Positions 1 through 11,865 of a stretch of DNA of 64,000 nucleotides are shown here, one piece after another. Under the pieces are notes generated by a model that saw only the letters and a list, made by a program, of their open reading frames with translations, did not search any database and was not told the DNA's origin. Source of the DNA: Gemmatimonadaceae bacterium (GTDB taxonomy: Bacteria > Gemmatimonadota > Gemmatimonadetes > Gemmatimonadales > Gemmatimonadaceae); contig DASVXU010000144.1 in NCBI GenBank assembly GCA_036392515.1, forward strand, positions 20,385-84,384, read 5' to 3'. The translations under genes and the position numbers were made by a program. Numbering within the stretch: position 1 is the stretch's first letter; each line of letters begins with the position of its first letter.

Positions 1-995
1 ACCGACGCGAGCGTGTCGTAGACGTTGCGCGCGATCGCCGCGCGGTCGAGCGCCATCTCGAGCGCGACGCGCACGTTGCGGTCGCCGAGCACCGGATGCG
101 GACGCGCATGGCGCTTCGGGTCGCGCAGGTTGAACTGGAGGAAGGCGTAGTCCACGCCGCCGTACTGCGTCACCTGGAGCTTCGGGTCCTTCTGCGCCTG
201 CGCGAGCTGCTCGCCGCGCAGCACCTCGATGAAGTCCGCCTCGCCGGCGAGCAGCCGCGTGACCGCGGTGTTCGGGTCGGGCGCGATCGAGACCACCACC
301 CGGTCGAGCTTCGGGCGACCACGGAAGTACGTCGTGTCGGCGACGAGCTCGACGAGCTGCGACGGCACCCAGCGCACGAAGCGGAAGGGACCGCTGCCGA
401 TCGGGTTCCGGACGTACGGGTCCGCCTTCAGGTTGGCGCGGTCGACATTCTTCAGCAGGTGCGCGGGGAGGGGGATGACGTTGTACGCCGCAGTGAAGAA
501 CTGGTCGAGCGAGCGGCGATGATACCATGCCACCGCGGTCAGCGAGTCGCGCACCGTGACCGAATCGATCTCGGCGACGTTGGGCGCCTGCGGGGACGCG
601 ACCTTCGGGTCGCGCAGCAGGTCGAAGCCCATCTTCACGTCCTCGGCGCGAACGGGCTTCCCGTCGTGCCAGTGCGCGCGCGGGTCGAGCTCGAAGGCGA
701 TCGAGAGCGAGTCGGGGGACCAGGTCCAGTGGCGCGCGAGGCGCGGCTCGAACCCTTCGTCACCCATCGCGTTCATCTTCGGACCGATCTCGGCGAGCCG
801 CTCGAAGAGCTGGTCGGCGATCATCTTCCCCGTCGCGCTGAGGATGAGCGGCTGGACGAGGAAGTCCGGCTCGCCGGCGGTCGAGATCACGACGGTCCCT
901 CCGACGTCGCCCGCGGCGTTCGAGGCGCGATCCCCGCCACGGCAGGCGGCGAGCGCGAGGAGCAGAGCGGCGGCGGTGACTGAGCGGGTCGTCAT
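1..995 (-). CDS. ABC transporter substrate-binding protein, family 5 (peptide/nickel type); N-terminal part, 3' end runs off the window
   Basis: Absent from the ORF track because it is open at the window edge. My minus-strand translation from the ATG at complement(993-995) reads MTTRSVTAAALLLLALAACRGG (lipoprotein-type signal), then ...VVISTAGEPDFLVQPL...NPIGSGPFRFVRWVPSQ..., typical of family-5 solute-binding proteins. The + ORFs 96..983, 229..522 and 556..1047 are shadow frames. Confidence 0.75.
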   Translation of the reverse strand, partial: MTTRSVTAAALLLALAACRGGDRASNAAGDVGGTVVISTAGEPDFLVQPLILSATGKMIADQLFERLAEIGPKMNAMGDEGFEPRLARHWTWSPDSLSIAFELDPRAHWHDGKPVRAEDVKMGFDLLRDPKVASPQAPNVAEIDSVTVRDSLTAVAWYHRRSLDQFFTAAYNVIPLPAHLLKNVDRANLKADPYVRNPIGSGPFRFVRWVPSQLVELVADTTYFRGRPKLDRVVVSIAPDPNTAVTRLLAGEADFIEVLRGEQLAQAQKDPKLQVTQYGGVDYAFLQFNLRDPKRHARPHPVLGDRNVRVALEMALDRAAIARNVYDTLAS

Positions 996-1077
996 GGGAG
1001 AGCGGGGCAGGTGCGCTGGTGATCGCCGGCCGGCGGCCGACTCATGAAATAACGCGCGACTACCGCTCGCGTCACGG

Positions 1078-1800
1078 CTAGCGGCGCCACGTCCACTCGG
1101 GGTCTGCGTAGCGCCCGCACGCGTCGCGCATCGCGGCGGCGAGCGTCTCGTCGATCGTGAGCTCCTCGACCCGCGCGTCTTCGCGCGCGCGGAGGGAATC
1201 GAGGAAGGCCGCGTTCACCTCCGCCGGCTCTGGTACACGGCCGAGCGCGTCGCGCAGCGTCGCCGGCGGGGGCGGCGGCGGAGCGGGGCTGAGCAGCAGA
1301 GAGGCGACGCTCGTCTGGTCGTCGTCGATCAGGATGGAGCCGTGCTGGAGCAGCGCCTCCTCGTCCCTGTACTGCGCGCTCCCGACGAGCTTCCGTCCGC
1401 CGAGCACGAGCTCTCCCTCGGTCGGCTCCTCGAAGCATGGCGCGAGGGAGGGCGCCGGCGCGCGACCCTCCGCTCCCGCGATCCTGGCGTCCGCGCCGAG
1501 CGAGCGCACCCCCGCGATCAGGATCTCGTTGATCCGCCTGTACGCGTCGCGAAGCGTCGCGCCCAGCGAGAGGGGGGCGGTGACGCTGTAGGTGATCTCG
1601 CGGTGGTGGAGCACCGCGCGCCCTCCGGTGAGCCGCCGGACGACCCCGATCCCAGCGCGCTCGAGCGCCGCTCGGTCGTACTCCCCGTTCGCCGGCTGGT
1701 TGCGCCCGAGCGAGAGGGTCGGCGCGGCCCATCCGTAGACCCTGAAAACGGCCTCGCCGGACCCCGCGGCACGGCGCAGGAGCGCCTCATCGAGGGCCAT
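1078..1800 (-). CDS. Lipoate-protein ligase / octanoyltransferase family protein (catalytic BPL/LPL domain only, about 240 aa)
   Basis: ORF 1078..2040 trimmed to the internal ATG at 1800 ([13 protein letters not shown]...). It has [12 protein letters not shown] and KLVGSAQ motifs of the lipoate/biotin ligase fold. No LplA-type C-terminal domain is present. It is divergent from gcvP and lies close to gcvH. Confidence 0.75.
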   Translation of the reverse strand: MALDEALLRRAAGSGEAVFRVYGWAAPTLSLGRNQPANGEYDRAALERAGIGVVRRLTGGRAVLHHREITYSVTAPLSLGATLRDAYRRINEILIAGVRSLGADARIAGAEGRAPAPSLAPCFEEPTEGELVLGGRKLVGSAQYRDEEALLQHGSILIDDDQTSVASLLLSPAPPPPPPATLRDALGRVPEPAEVNAAFLDSLRAREDARVEELTIDETLAAAMRDACGRYADPEWTWRR

Positions 1801-1805
1801 GTTCT

Positions 1806-1975
1806 CGATCCCGGAGAGAGGGGGTGTGGCGAGAAAGCGCCAGTGCACGGGGGTGGCTGTCGGTGCGTACCGGTTGGTCGGGCGGCCCGCTAAACTTAAG
1901 GCCGGGAACGCGCCGAAGTCGCGCGACCCCGACGATATCGACCATCCGGCGCCGCTCCGGCGGCCCTTCTCGAGG
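1806..1975 (+). promoter_or_regulatory. Candidate glycine-responsive leader (weak glycine-riboswitch resemblance) upstream of gcvP
   Basis: A 180-nt untranslated gap lies before gcvP. It contains GGAGAG (about 1811), a following GGCG-agaaa-CGCC hairpin, CACGGGGGTGG, and later AAGGCCGGGAAC and CGCCGAAG. The match to the GGAGAG...ACCGAAGGGGCAA...CUCAGGCAAAAGGAC consensus is only partial. Confidence 0.25.
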
Positions 1976-1981
1976 CATCGC

Positions 1982-4872
<2,891 letters not shown>

Positions 4873-4876
<4 letters not shown>

Positions 4877-5190
4877 TCGCGCGGCGCGGCGACTCGCTGT
4901 TCGTCGCCGCGCTCGCGGCGTTCGCGCTCGCCGGGTGCGAGAGCCAGAAGCCCGAGGACGCGTGGTGGACGAAGGTGAAGCCGACGAACTACGCGTCGGA
5001 CAGCACCGCCGTCGTCCGGCTCGCGACGCACGCGCTCGGCGATTCGCTGCCGATGCGCGTGGAGAGCATCTCGAAGGCGGAGCACGGCTGGCTGGTGCGC
5101 CTGCTCCCGATGCGCGGTGGTCTTCCCGGGGGTGGGAGCGTCTGGGTCGAGCTCAGCGACTCGTCCGCGACCGTGGTGAAGCGGTACTAG
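4873..5190 (+). CDS. Small lipoprotein, function unknown
   Basis: The last 105 aa of ORF 4417..5190 read [24 protein letters not shown] (lipobox LAGC). The ATG overlaps the gcvP stop (ATGA), which suggests translational coupling. Confidence 0.6.
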
Positions 5191-5204
5191 GAGGGCTTCA
5201 ACAC

Positions 5205-5316
5205 GGCGAGGAGAGAGGAGAGAGGATCCGATAGAGAGAGGAGGGAGGAGAGAGCCGGCCAAAGCGCTCTCTCCTCCCTCCTCTCTTCGTCGGAGTCTCT
5301 CTCCTCTCTCCTCGCC
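5205..5316. repeat. Long GA-rich/CT-rich hairpin element, type A copy 1 (likely bidirectional terminator)
   Basis: The left arm ggcgaggagagaggagagagg...gagggaggagagagc pairs with the right arm gcgctctctcctccctc...ctctctcctctctcctcgcc. It is preceded by CAACACGGCGA and fills the gap between two convergent stops (5190 and 5328). Confidence 0.85.
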
Positions 5317-5327
5317 CTAGACAGCCT

Positions 5328-5717
5328 CTACTGACCAATATGCTTCCTGTACTCCTCCGGTCCGAGCAGCGAGTCGCGCTCGTCGGCGCCGCGGAGACGG
5401 AGCTTGATCATCCAGCCGTCGCCGTAGGGATCGCTGTTCACGAGCGCCGGCTCCTTGTCGAGGCGGTCGTTCACCGCGACGACTTCGCCGGCGAGCGGGC
5501 AGAACAGCTCCGAGACCGCCTTCACTGCTTCGACGGTGCCGAAGACATCGTGCGCGCCGAAGCTCGCGCCGACCTTCGGCAGCTCGACGTAGACGACGTC
5601 CCCGAGCTCGCCCTGCGCGTAGTCCGTGATCCCGATCGCGACGACGTCCGCGTCGCCGGTGTCCTTCACGTACTCGTGGTCCTCGGTGTACAGCAGATCG
5701 CTCGGAATGTCGGCCAC
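5328..5717 (-). CDS. gcvH: Glycine cleavage system H protein
   Basis: 129 aa with the lipoyl-lysine motif VEAVKAVSE, and family-typical length and sequence (DPYGDGWMIKL). Confidence 0.95.
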   Translation of the reverse strand: MADIPSDLLYTEDHEYVKDTGDADVVAIGITDYAQGELGDVVYVELPKVGASFGAHDVFGTVEAVKAVSELFCPLAGEVVAVNDRLDKEPALVNSDPYGDGWMIKLRLRGADERDSLLGPEEYRKHIGQ

Positions 5718-5754
5718 GACGCGCCTCGTCAGAAGGGTGAGAACGGCGCGAAGT

Positions 5755-6405
5755 CTACCCGCGTGGAGGCGCGAGTGTCAAGGAATCGCGGTCGTCGATT
5801 CGCGTCGCCGCTTCGGCGGCGAGCGCGCGCCACACCTCGTCGACGCGATGCTCGAGAGATTCGCGCGTGCCGTCGTTGTCGATCACGAAGTCGGCGCGCG
5901 CGCGCTTGAGGTCAGCGGGCATCTGCTGCGCGATCATCTGCATCGCTTCGGTCTCGCGCAGTCCGCGATCGCGCACGAGCCGCTCGAGCCGCACCGGGCG
6001 CTGCGCGTCCACCAGCACGATCCGGTCGAACCCGTCCGCGAGGTTCGCCTCGAAGAGCAGCGGGATGTCGCAGACGACGACGCGGTCGCCGCGTGCCCGC
6101 GCCTCGGCGACGAGCTCGTCGCGCATCCGAGCCACTTCGGGATGAACGATCGCATTCAGCTCGTGCAGCTCCTCGGGCTGGCCGAAGACGCGGCGCCGGA
6201 GCGCGGCGCGGTCGAGCACTCCATCGGGGGCGAGCACGCCGCTTCCCCAGCGGCGGACGATCGCGTCGTAGCCCCGTGTGCCCACGCGCACGGCCCGGCG
6301 CGCGAGCACGTCCGCGTCGATCAGCGTCGCTCCTCTCGCGACGAGAAGCTTGGCGACCGTCGACTTTCCCGAGGCGATGTTACCGGTGAGCGCGACGAGC
6401 AGCAT
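5755..6405 (-). CDS. coaE: Dephospho-CoA kinase
   Basis: ORF 5755..6588 trimmed to the ATG at 6405 (MLLVALTGNIASGKSTV, P-loop). It also has IDADVLAR and IVHP motifs typical of CoaE. Confidence 0.85.
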   Translation of the reverse strand: MLLVALTGNIASGKSTVAKLLVARGATLIDADVLARRAVRVGTRGYDAIVRRWGSGVLAPDGVLDRAALRRRVFGQPEELHELNAIVHPEVARMRDELVAEARARGDRVVVCDIPLLFEANLADGFDRIVLVDAQRPVRLERLVRDRGLRETEAMQMIAQQMPADLKRARADFVIDNDGTRESLEHRVDEVWRALAAEAATRIDDRDSLTLAPPRG

Positions 6406-6437
6406 GATGGCAGAGCCCTGGCGTGGCGGCATCGCCG

Positions 6438-6465
6438 CATCCGGACGTCCCCATCCGGACGTCCC
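6438..6465. repeat. Perfect tandem duplication of a 14-mer (CATCCGGACGTCCC x2)
   Basis: Read directly in the coaE upstream region. Each unit contains the palindrome GGACGTCC. Confidence 0.8.
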
Positions 6466-6654
6466 ATGGATGGGGTCGAACGAGCGCAATACTAGGACGC
6501 GCGAGCGCGTGCTGTCAACGCGAGCGATCACCAGCGCACACATCTTCGGTGCCAGCCGGGTCGAGAATCCAGAAGCGCCCGCCGCCACGCCGCGCGTGAT
6601 TGTTGCGTGCCGACGGTTCTGCGATCATTCCGCCAACCGCCACTGGAGCATCAC

Positions 6655-6909
6655 ATGCGCGATCCTCGCTCCCTCGGCTTCAACAAGCTCGCCGCTCTCG
6701 GCGCGCTCGCCGTCTGCGGCGGGCTCTTCCTGATTCTCGTGGCGCTGTTCGTCGTCCTGCACCCATACCCGCGTGGCGGGATGGACGGGACGCACTACGC
6801 GCTGACGCTGATGGCGTTCACCGGCCTGCTCGGCGCGATCATCGCCGTCCACCTCGCGTTCGCGCACCAGCTGTGGTACGCGCGCCCGGAGGCGTCAACA
6901 CGGCGATGA
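6655..6909 (+). CDS. Small membrane protein (two predicted TM helices), function unknown
   Basis: ORF 6607..6909. The likely start is MRDPRSLGFNKLAALGALAVCGGLFLILVALFVV, with a second hydrophobic span LTLMAFTGLLGAIIAVHLAF. The last codons and the stop lie inside hairpin element A2. Confidence 0.45.
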   Translation: MRDPRSLGFNKLAALGALAVCGGLFLILVALFVVLHPYPRGGMDGTHYALTLMAFTGLLGAIIAVHLAFAHQLWYARPEASTRR

Positions 6910-7005
6910 GAGACGAGAGAGGCTCCGATGGAGCGATGAGAGATAAGAGGAGGGTAGTCTCTCCTCTGTCCTCTCTTTATCGGAGCCTCTCTCTTCTCTC
7001 CTCGC
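6902..7005. repeat. Long GA-rich/CT-rich hairpin element, type A copy 2
   Basis: It opens with CAACACGGCGA (6896-6906) and ends with TCGGAGCCTCTCTCTTCTCTCCTCGCAGTG. It lies between convergent stops at 6909 and 7016. Confidence 0.85.
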
Positions 7006-7015
7006 AGTGACGAAC

Positions 7016-7630
7016 TCAGAGCAGGCGCCCTTGATCTTCGTCCGCCCGCGGGCACGAATGACAGTGCCGGCAGCGCGCCTGGTACGAGTCGCTCGCGCCG
7101 ACCATGATGGTCGGCGAGTCGTAGCGCGCGGGCTTTCCCTCGATCAGCCGCTGGTTGCGGCTCGCCGGGCCGCCGCAGATCACGCAGATCGCGTGGAGCT
7201 TGTCCACGACCTCCGCGACCGCCATGAGCTGCGGCATCGGTCCGAATGGCTCGCCACGAAAGTCGGTGTCGGTGCCCGCGAGGATCACGCGCCGTCCACG
7301 TGACGCGAGCGAGGTTGCCAGCGCGACTATCCCCGGGTCGAGGAACTGCGCCTCGTCGATCGCGATGACGTGCGCGGTCGGATCGATCCGGCCCGCGATG
7401 GTCGCCGAGCTGTCGATCGGGATCGCCTCGACGGTGCGCCCGTCGTGGCTCGACACCGAGTACAGACCCGCGTAGCGCTCGTCGAGGTGCGACTTGAACA
7501 CCTGCACCCGCTTGCGCGCGATGATCGCCCGCCGCACGCGGCGGATCAGCTCCTCGCTCTTCCCGCTGAACATCACGCCGCAGATGACTTCGATCCATCC
7601 GCCGGCGCTCGTGAAGTACGTGTCGCTCAC
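7016..7630 (-). CDS. tdk: Thymidine kinase
   Basis: 204 aa with P-loop [11 protein letters not shown], the IAIDEAQF motif, and C-terminal zinc-binding cysteines (CVICG...CRHC). Confidence 0.93.
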   Translation of the reverse strand: MSDTYFTSAGGWIEVICGVMFSGKSEELIRRVRRAIIARKRVQVFKSHLDERYAGLYSVSSHDGRTVEAIPIDSSATIAGRIDPTAHVIAIDEAQFLDPGIVALATSLASRGRRVILAGTDTDFRGEPFGPMPQLMAVAEVVDKLHAICVICGGPASRNQRLIEGKPARYDSPTIMVGASDSYQARCRHCHSCPRADEDQGRLL

Positions 7631-9288
7631 CGCTCCCCACGCTCCTCGCGCGGGCGGCGCGGGCGCATCGTCCGGTCACCACGATCGCCACGCTCGCCAC
7701 GATCGCCACGATCGCTGCGCTCGCCGCGCGCGCCCCGGAACCCGCCCGAGCGCTCGCCACGATCGCCGCGCTCGCCGCGCGGAGGACGATCGCCACGTGG
7801 CGGCCGATCGCCGCGCGGAGCGCGCTCGCGCCCTCCGCCGAAGCCGCGCGCGCCCCCCTCGTCGCGAGGCGGGCGCTCGCGCTCCAGGCGCGCCACGACT
7901 CGCCGTCCCTTGATCGACGCGCCCGTCATCTTCTCCGCGACCGCCGCCGCGTCCGCGCCCACGATCTCGACGAGCGAGTGGGTGTCGTGCACCTCGACCT
8001 TGCCGACGTTCTGCCCGGTGATCCCGGCCGTTCCCGCGATCGCGCCGACGAGATCGCCGGGGCGCACGCCGTCGCGCTCGCCGACCGTCATGAAGATCCG
8101 CGTGCCGCCGCTCGGCCCGGGACCGCCGCGTCCCCCCGACATCACCACGTCCGCACCGGCCGCGGGGCCCGACGCGCGGGCCGCACGCTCCTGCTCGAGC
8201 AGCCGCAGCGCCGCCGCCGCGATCTCGATGCCGTCGTAGGACTCGAGCAGCGGCTCGAGGGCGAGCAGCTCGCGCGCCGCGATCCCCGTCTCGAGGGTCG
8301 CGCGCAGCTCGCCGCGCACCCCCTCCTCGCGCCGCCGCGCCTGTCCGCCGGGGCCAGCGAGCGTGAGCGGGGAGACGCGGCCGCCCGCCGCCAGCGTCCG
8401 CACGAGCTGGATCTGCCGCGGCTGCGCGAGCACGACGATCTGCGGCGCCGTGCTCCCCTCGCCGACCGCTGCACGCAGCTCGGCACCGCCGGCGGGAACG
8501 TCGTACAGCACGACGAGTCCCGCCGCCCCCGACTCGCCGTCGCGCACGACGCGCACCGACGCGTCCTCGCCGCGATAGCCGAGCGCCGCGATCGCGCGGT
8601 TCGCCTCGGCTTCGGACTCGGGAGTGCGCGTCCAGATCACCGCGCTCGCCGGATCCAGCTCGTCGAAGAGCCGCCGCAGGACCACGGCGCGATTCGTCGG
8701 CGAGACCGTGACGTACTGCAGCGCGAGGGGCGCTCCCTCGCCCTCGGCAACCGGCTCGGCGGTGCGGAGCCCGCGGCGGGCGTAGCGCTCCGCGATCTCG
8801 CGCGCCTCGGGACCGAGGCGGCTCGCGACGAGAATGCGCCCCGCTTCCTTCGGCACCTCGGCCATCACCGTCTCGAGCGCCTCGCTCGCGCCGCCGTCGG
8901 TGACCTCGTCCACCCAGGCGAGGACGATCGTGCGCAGCGCGTCGAGCTTGAGCGCGGACGCGCGGATCAGCGCGACGATCTCCTCCACCGACCCGACGAC
9001 GATCTGCGGCTTCCACTCGCGGATGAGACGCGTCGCGCGGCGCGCGCTCGTCGCCGGGACGACGCGGAAGCCGCGCGAGAGCGCGAGCTCGCTGGCGACG
9101 GCCGCGATCATCGCCGCGCCGTCCGCGTCGGCGGCGGCGACGAGGAGCTGGACTTCGCTGCTCGCGGCCTCGATCCGCTCGAGGGCACCGGCGAGGAACT
9201 GCCCCACGGCGCCACGGTCGTGCGGGAGGAGCAGCACCGAGTGCTGGCTGCGGCTGGTCGTCGTGCTGTCCTTCGCGTCCTGTTCCAC
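7627..9288 (-). CDS. DEAD-box-helicase-like protein with degenerate catalytic motifs, a DbpA-type RNA-binding domain and an RG/RGD-rich tail
   Basis: The two-RecA-domain layout is recognisable, but motif I is LLLPHDRG (no GKT lysine), motif II is VDEV, motif III is ASR, and there is no HRIGRTGR. The DbpA-like C-terminal domain reads [23 protein letters not shown]...[14 protein letters not shown]. The tail is (RGD/RGE)n. Its stop overlaps the tdk start by 4 nt. Confidence 0.8.
   Translation of the reverse strand: MEQDAKDSTTTSRSQHSVLLLPHDRGAVGQFLAGALERIEAASSEVQLLVAAADADGAAMIAAVASELALSRGFRVVPATSARRATRLIREWKPQIVVGSVEEIVALIRASALKLDALRTIVLAWVDEVTDGGASEALETVMAEVPKEAGRILVASRLGPEAREIAERYARRGLRTAEPVAEGEGAPLALQYVTVSPTNRAVVLRRLFDELDPASAVIWTRTPESEAEANRAIAALGYRGEDASVRVVRDGESGAAGLVVLYDVPAGGAELRAAVGEGSTAPQIVVLAQPRQIQLVRTLAAGGRVSPLTLAGPGGQARRREEGVRGELRATLETGIAARELLALEPLLESYDGIEIAAAALRLLEQERAARASGPAAGADVVMSGGRGGPGPSGGTRIFMTVGERDGVRPGDLVGAIAGTAGITGQNVGKVEVHDTHSLVEIVGADAAAVAEKMTGASIKGRRVVARLERERPPRDEGGARGFGGGRERAPRGDRPPRGDRPPRGERGDRGERSGGFRGARGERSDRGDRGERGDRGDRTMRPRRPREERGER
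7630..7885 (-). repeat. Coding low-complexity tandem repeats ([12 protein letters not shown] units) forming the tail of the DEAD-like protein
   Basis: The DNA shows repeated cacgatcgcc / cgctcgcc units. The protein reads [48 protein letters not shown]. Confidence 0.7.
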
Positions 9289-9474
9289 GATGTGTCCTGG
9301 CGTTGTGGCGTTCCCGACTCCGTGCTACCGTACTTCGCGAAGCTGGAAGATAGCCCCCCGGGCGGGCGCACTCCACCGTCCGCGCTCGCTCCTTCGATGA
9401 CGCGCGCGGATCCCCGGTGACGTGGAGCGCGTCCGGACCGCTTCACTTCGGCGCATCTCGAGCGGAGAACGACG

Positions 9475-9963
9475 ATGAGCCTCACCGTACAGGTCGAGCC
9501 CGCGCGCGGCACACCCGCCCGCGTCGCCTATCGCTGGGACACCGACACCGACATCCTCAGCGCGCAGCTCGAGGATCGCGCGCCCGACGGGCCGTCGGCG
9601 ACGGTGGAGCTGCAGGGGCACGACGGCTCGTGGGTCATTCTCGACGTGCGCGGCGGGCGTATCCGTGGGGTCGAGGTCGCCGTGTGGCCCGACGTCCGCA
9701 AGCGTCCCGCCCTCACGCCCCCGGCCGCGGAGCCGGGGGACGTCGTGCTCCCGCCGCGCCACGCCGGCGGCGCCTCGGCGATCGACAGCCCGCTGAGCGC
9801 GGAGGTGGACGAGCCGGAGCGCATCTTCCACTTCCGGCTCGGCAGCTCGGCGGAATCGCGCGCGGTCGAGATCGCGTCGGGGCTGCTCGTCGACGTCGAG
9901 CCGACGGGCGCGGTCGCCGGCATCTGGCTCCTCAACGTTCCCCCATTCCCACTCGATCAGTGA
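9475..9963 (+). CDS. Hypothetical protein
   Basis: 162-aa ORF with balanced composition, preceded by GGAG about 7 nt upstream of the ATG. I recognise no family. Its stop overlaps the next start. Confidence 0.5.
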   Translation: MSLTVQVEPARGTPARVAYRWDTDTDILSAQLEDRAPDGPSATVELQGHDGSWVILDVRGGRIRGVEVAVWPDVRKRPALTPPAAEPGDVVLPPRHAGGASAIDSPLSAEVDEPERIFHFRLGSSAESRAVEIASGLLVDVEPTGAVAGIWLLNVPPFPLDQ

Positions 9964-10238
9964 TCACGACCATCGTACTCGTCAGCGTCGAGCCACGGCT
10001 CATCCCGCAGGCCGCCATGAAGCTCGCCGGCTGCGAGGGTGTCGCGGAGGTCTATTCCGTCTCCGGCGAGTGGGACCTCGTCGTGATCGTCCGCGTCCCC
10101 GAGTACGAGCAGATCGCGCGCGTGGTGACGGAGGTCTTCCCGACGATCCCCGGCCTGCTGCGGACGACGACCCTCACCGCCTTCCGCGCCTACTCGAAGA
10201 AGGACCTCGAGCAGGCCTGGGACCTTGGCCTCGAGTAG
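9960..10238 (+). CDS. Stand-alone Lrp/AsnC ligand-binding (RAM) domain protein
   Basis: The GTG start overlaps the upstream stop (GTGA). The sequence VITTIVLVSVEPRLIPQAAMKLAGCEGVAEVYSVSGEWDLVVIVRV...FPTIPGLLRTTT matches the AsnC-type C-terminal domain pattern. Confidence 0.7.
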   Translation: MITTIVLVSVEPRLIPQAAMKLAGCEGVAEVYSVSGEWDLVVIVRVPEYEQIARVVTEVFPTIPGLLRTTTLTAFRAYSKKDLEQAWDLGLE

Positions 10239-10242
10239 GCCA

Positions 10243-10352
10243 CAACACGGCGACAGGTGAGGTGTGAGGAGCTGTGTCGCGTAACTCGTGACACACTTCG
10301 ACGGCCGTCAACGCCGGTCACGAGTCACTGCACACTCGTCCTCACACCTCAC
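10243..10352. repeat. Long hairpin element, type B (GTGAGG/CCTCAC words)
   Basis: It opens with CAACACGGCGA. The arm caggtgaggtgtgaggagctgtgtcgcgtaactcgtgac pairs with gtcacgagtcactgcacactcgtcctcacacctcaccgcc. It lies between convergent stops at 10238 and 10369. Confidence 0.85.
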
Positions 10353-10368
10353 CGCCCGCACGGTCGTT

Positions 10369-11859
10369 TCACTTGTCACTGATCACGACTCGCCGTCCGG
10401 GAGGCAGGACTCCATCGTCCCACACTCGCGTCGTCGCCACCGCGATGCCGCCGGCGGCGACCTCGATCCTGCCTAACGCGAGGCGGCGTGTCGGGGCGCC
10501 GGGAGAGGGCGCGTAGTCGATCGAGAGGTCGTGCGCGCCGGCGGGGAGCGTCACCCGCACCAGCGAGAGCTCGCCCGGGAGGAGCCGCCATTGCCGGGTG
10601 TCGGCGCGCTCCGTGAGGACGTTCAGCGCGTCCGCCGCCCAGCGCGTGACCGTCCCCGCGAGCTCTCCCTTCCTGTCCTCCATCCTGTCGGCGGCGGTCT
10701 TCGCCAGCGCCAGCTTCATCCCGGCTCGCAGCACGCCGCGCGTGAACGACGCGGCGCGCGAGCGGCGAAAGTCCGCCGCGACCGCGTCGCAGAGATCCGC
10801 GCTCATCGCGATCGGCCGCGGCGCCGCCGAGTCCACCACGAGCGATGCGCGCCAGGCCGGATGGTACGGGCGCTGGAGGCTCGTCCAGGCGACGGGAAGC
10901 AGATAGGCGATCTCGCGCGAGTCGTCGTTCATGCGGAGCTCGCGGTCGTCGTGCTCGTCGTGCCAGATGAAACGATCGCGGTCGCTCGCGATCCAGAGCA
11001 TCGCCCGCGCGCTGATCGCGGCGGCCGCGGCGAGCGTCTCCTCGGGCTTGCCGCCGAACTTGTCGAACTCGTCCTGGGTCACGGGGACGAGCACCAGCCG
11101 CGGCACCAGGTGCGCGACGTATCCGTGCTCGACGACGACGATCACGTCGCCCGTCGCGGGCTCGGCGGCCGGCCGCGTCGCGCGCGGGCGCCGTCCCTTC
11201 TTCGGCTCGGGGGGGAAGGGAAGCGCCGAGTCGCCGACGAGCGATCTCGCGACACGGTAGGACACCGCCGCGTCGTTCTTCTCGCCCGCCGCCTCGAATG
11301 CCGCGCCGGCGAGATAGTTCAACAGCGCTCGCGTTCGCGCGTCGACGCTGTCCTTCCGCGAGTCGAAGCTCTCGAGGAGCGCGCTCACCCGCCGCGCCTC
11401 CACCGCGGCGCCCTCGGCGTCCCCGCGTCGCAGGAAGTCGAGCATGCCGTAGTAGTTCATCATCAGCCGCTCGGTGCGCGACGGCTCGTACGGGAGCACG
11501 GCGTCGTTCGTCACCGCCGCCAGGAGATTCTTCGACGCGCTCTTCGTGTACCGGTCGTCGGCGAGCACCGCCGCGCGGTCGAGCGTCACCCCGCTCGTGT
11601 CGAAGCGGCCGGCGTAGTACAGCGCCGATGCCCGGTACAGCGACGCGAGCAGCTCGTCGCGCGGCGCGAAGCGTCCCTTCGCCGACACGAGGCCCAGCGC
11701 GTCCTCGAAGCGCCCGCCGGCGAACGACTGGCGCAGCGCGTAGTCGTCCTGGGTCAGACCCGCGCGCAGCACCTCCGGCGGGAGCGGTGGCCCCGAGTGA
11801 TGATGGAGACACCCGGTCGCCACCAGCGCGCCGACGAGCGCGGCCGCGACACCTCGCAT
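10369..11859 (-). CDS. Large lipoprotein, function unknown (COG3014-like, inference)
   Basis: 496 aa with signal plus lipobox MRGVAAALVGALVATGC and ordinary composition. It is the last gene of a four-lipoprotein cluster. Confidence 0.65.
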   Translation of the reverse strand: MRGVAAALVGALVATGCLHHHSGPPLPPEVLRAGLTQDDYALRQSFAGGRFEDALGLVSAKGRFAPRDELLASLYRASALYYAGRFDTSGVTLDRAAVLADDRYTKSASKNLLAAVTNDAVLPYEPSRTERLMMNYYGMLDFLRRGDAEGAAVEARRVSALLESFDSRKDSVDARTRALLNYLAGAAFEAAGEKNDAAVSYRVARSLVGDSALPFPPEPKKGRRPRATRPAAEPATGDVIVVVEHGYVAHLVPRLVLVPVTQDEFDKFGGKPEETLAAAAAISARAMLWIASDRDRFIWHDEHDDRELRMNDDSREIAYLLPVAWTSLQRPYHPAWRASLVVDSAAPRPIAMSADLCDAVAADFRRSRAASFTRGVLRAGMKLALAKTAADRMEDRKGELAGTVTRWAADALNVLTERADTRQWRLLPGELSLVRVTLPAGAHDLSIDYAPSPGAPTRRLALGRIEVAAGGIAVATTRVWDDGVLPPGRRVVISDK

Positions 11860-11865
11860 CGCCCG

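Noticed and set aside
7630-7885. Tandem DNA repeats (cacgatcgcc / cgctcgcc units) that could be a satellite or mobile-element end.
   Set aside because: They lie in frame inside the DEAD-like gene and encode its RGD/RGE-rich tail. This is a coding low-complexity region, not a separate element.
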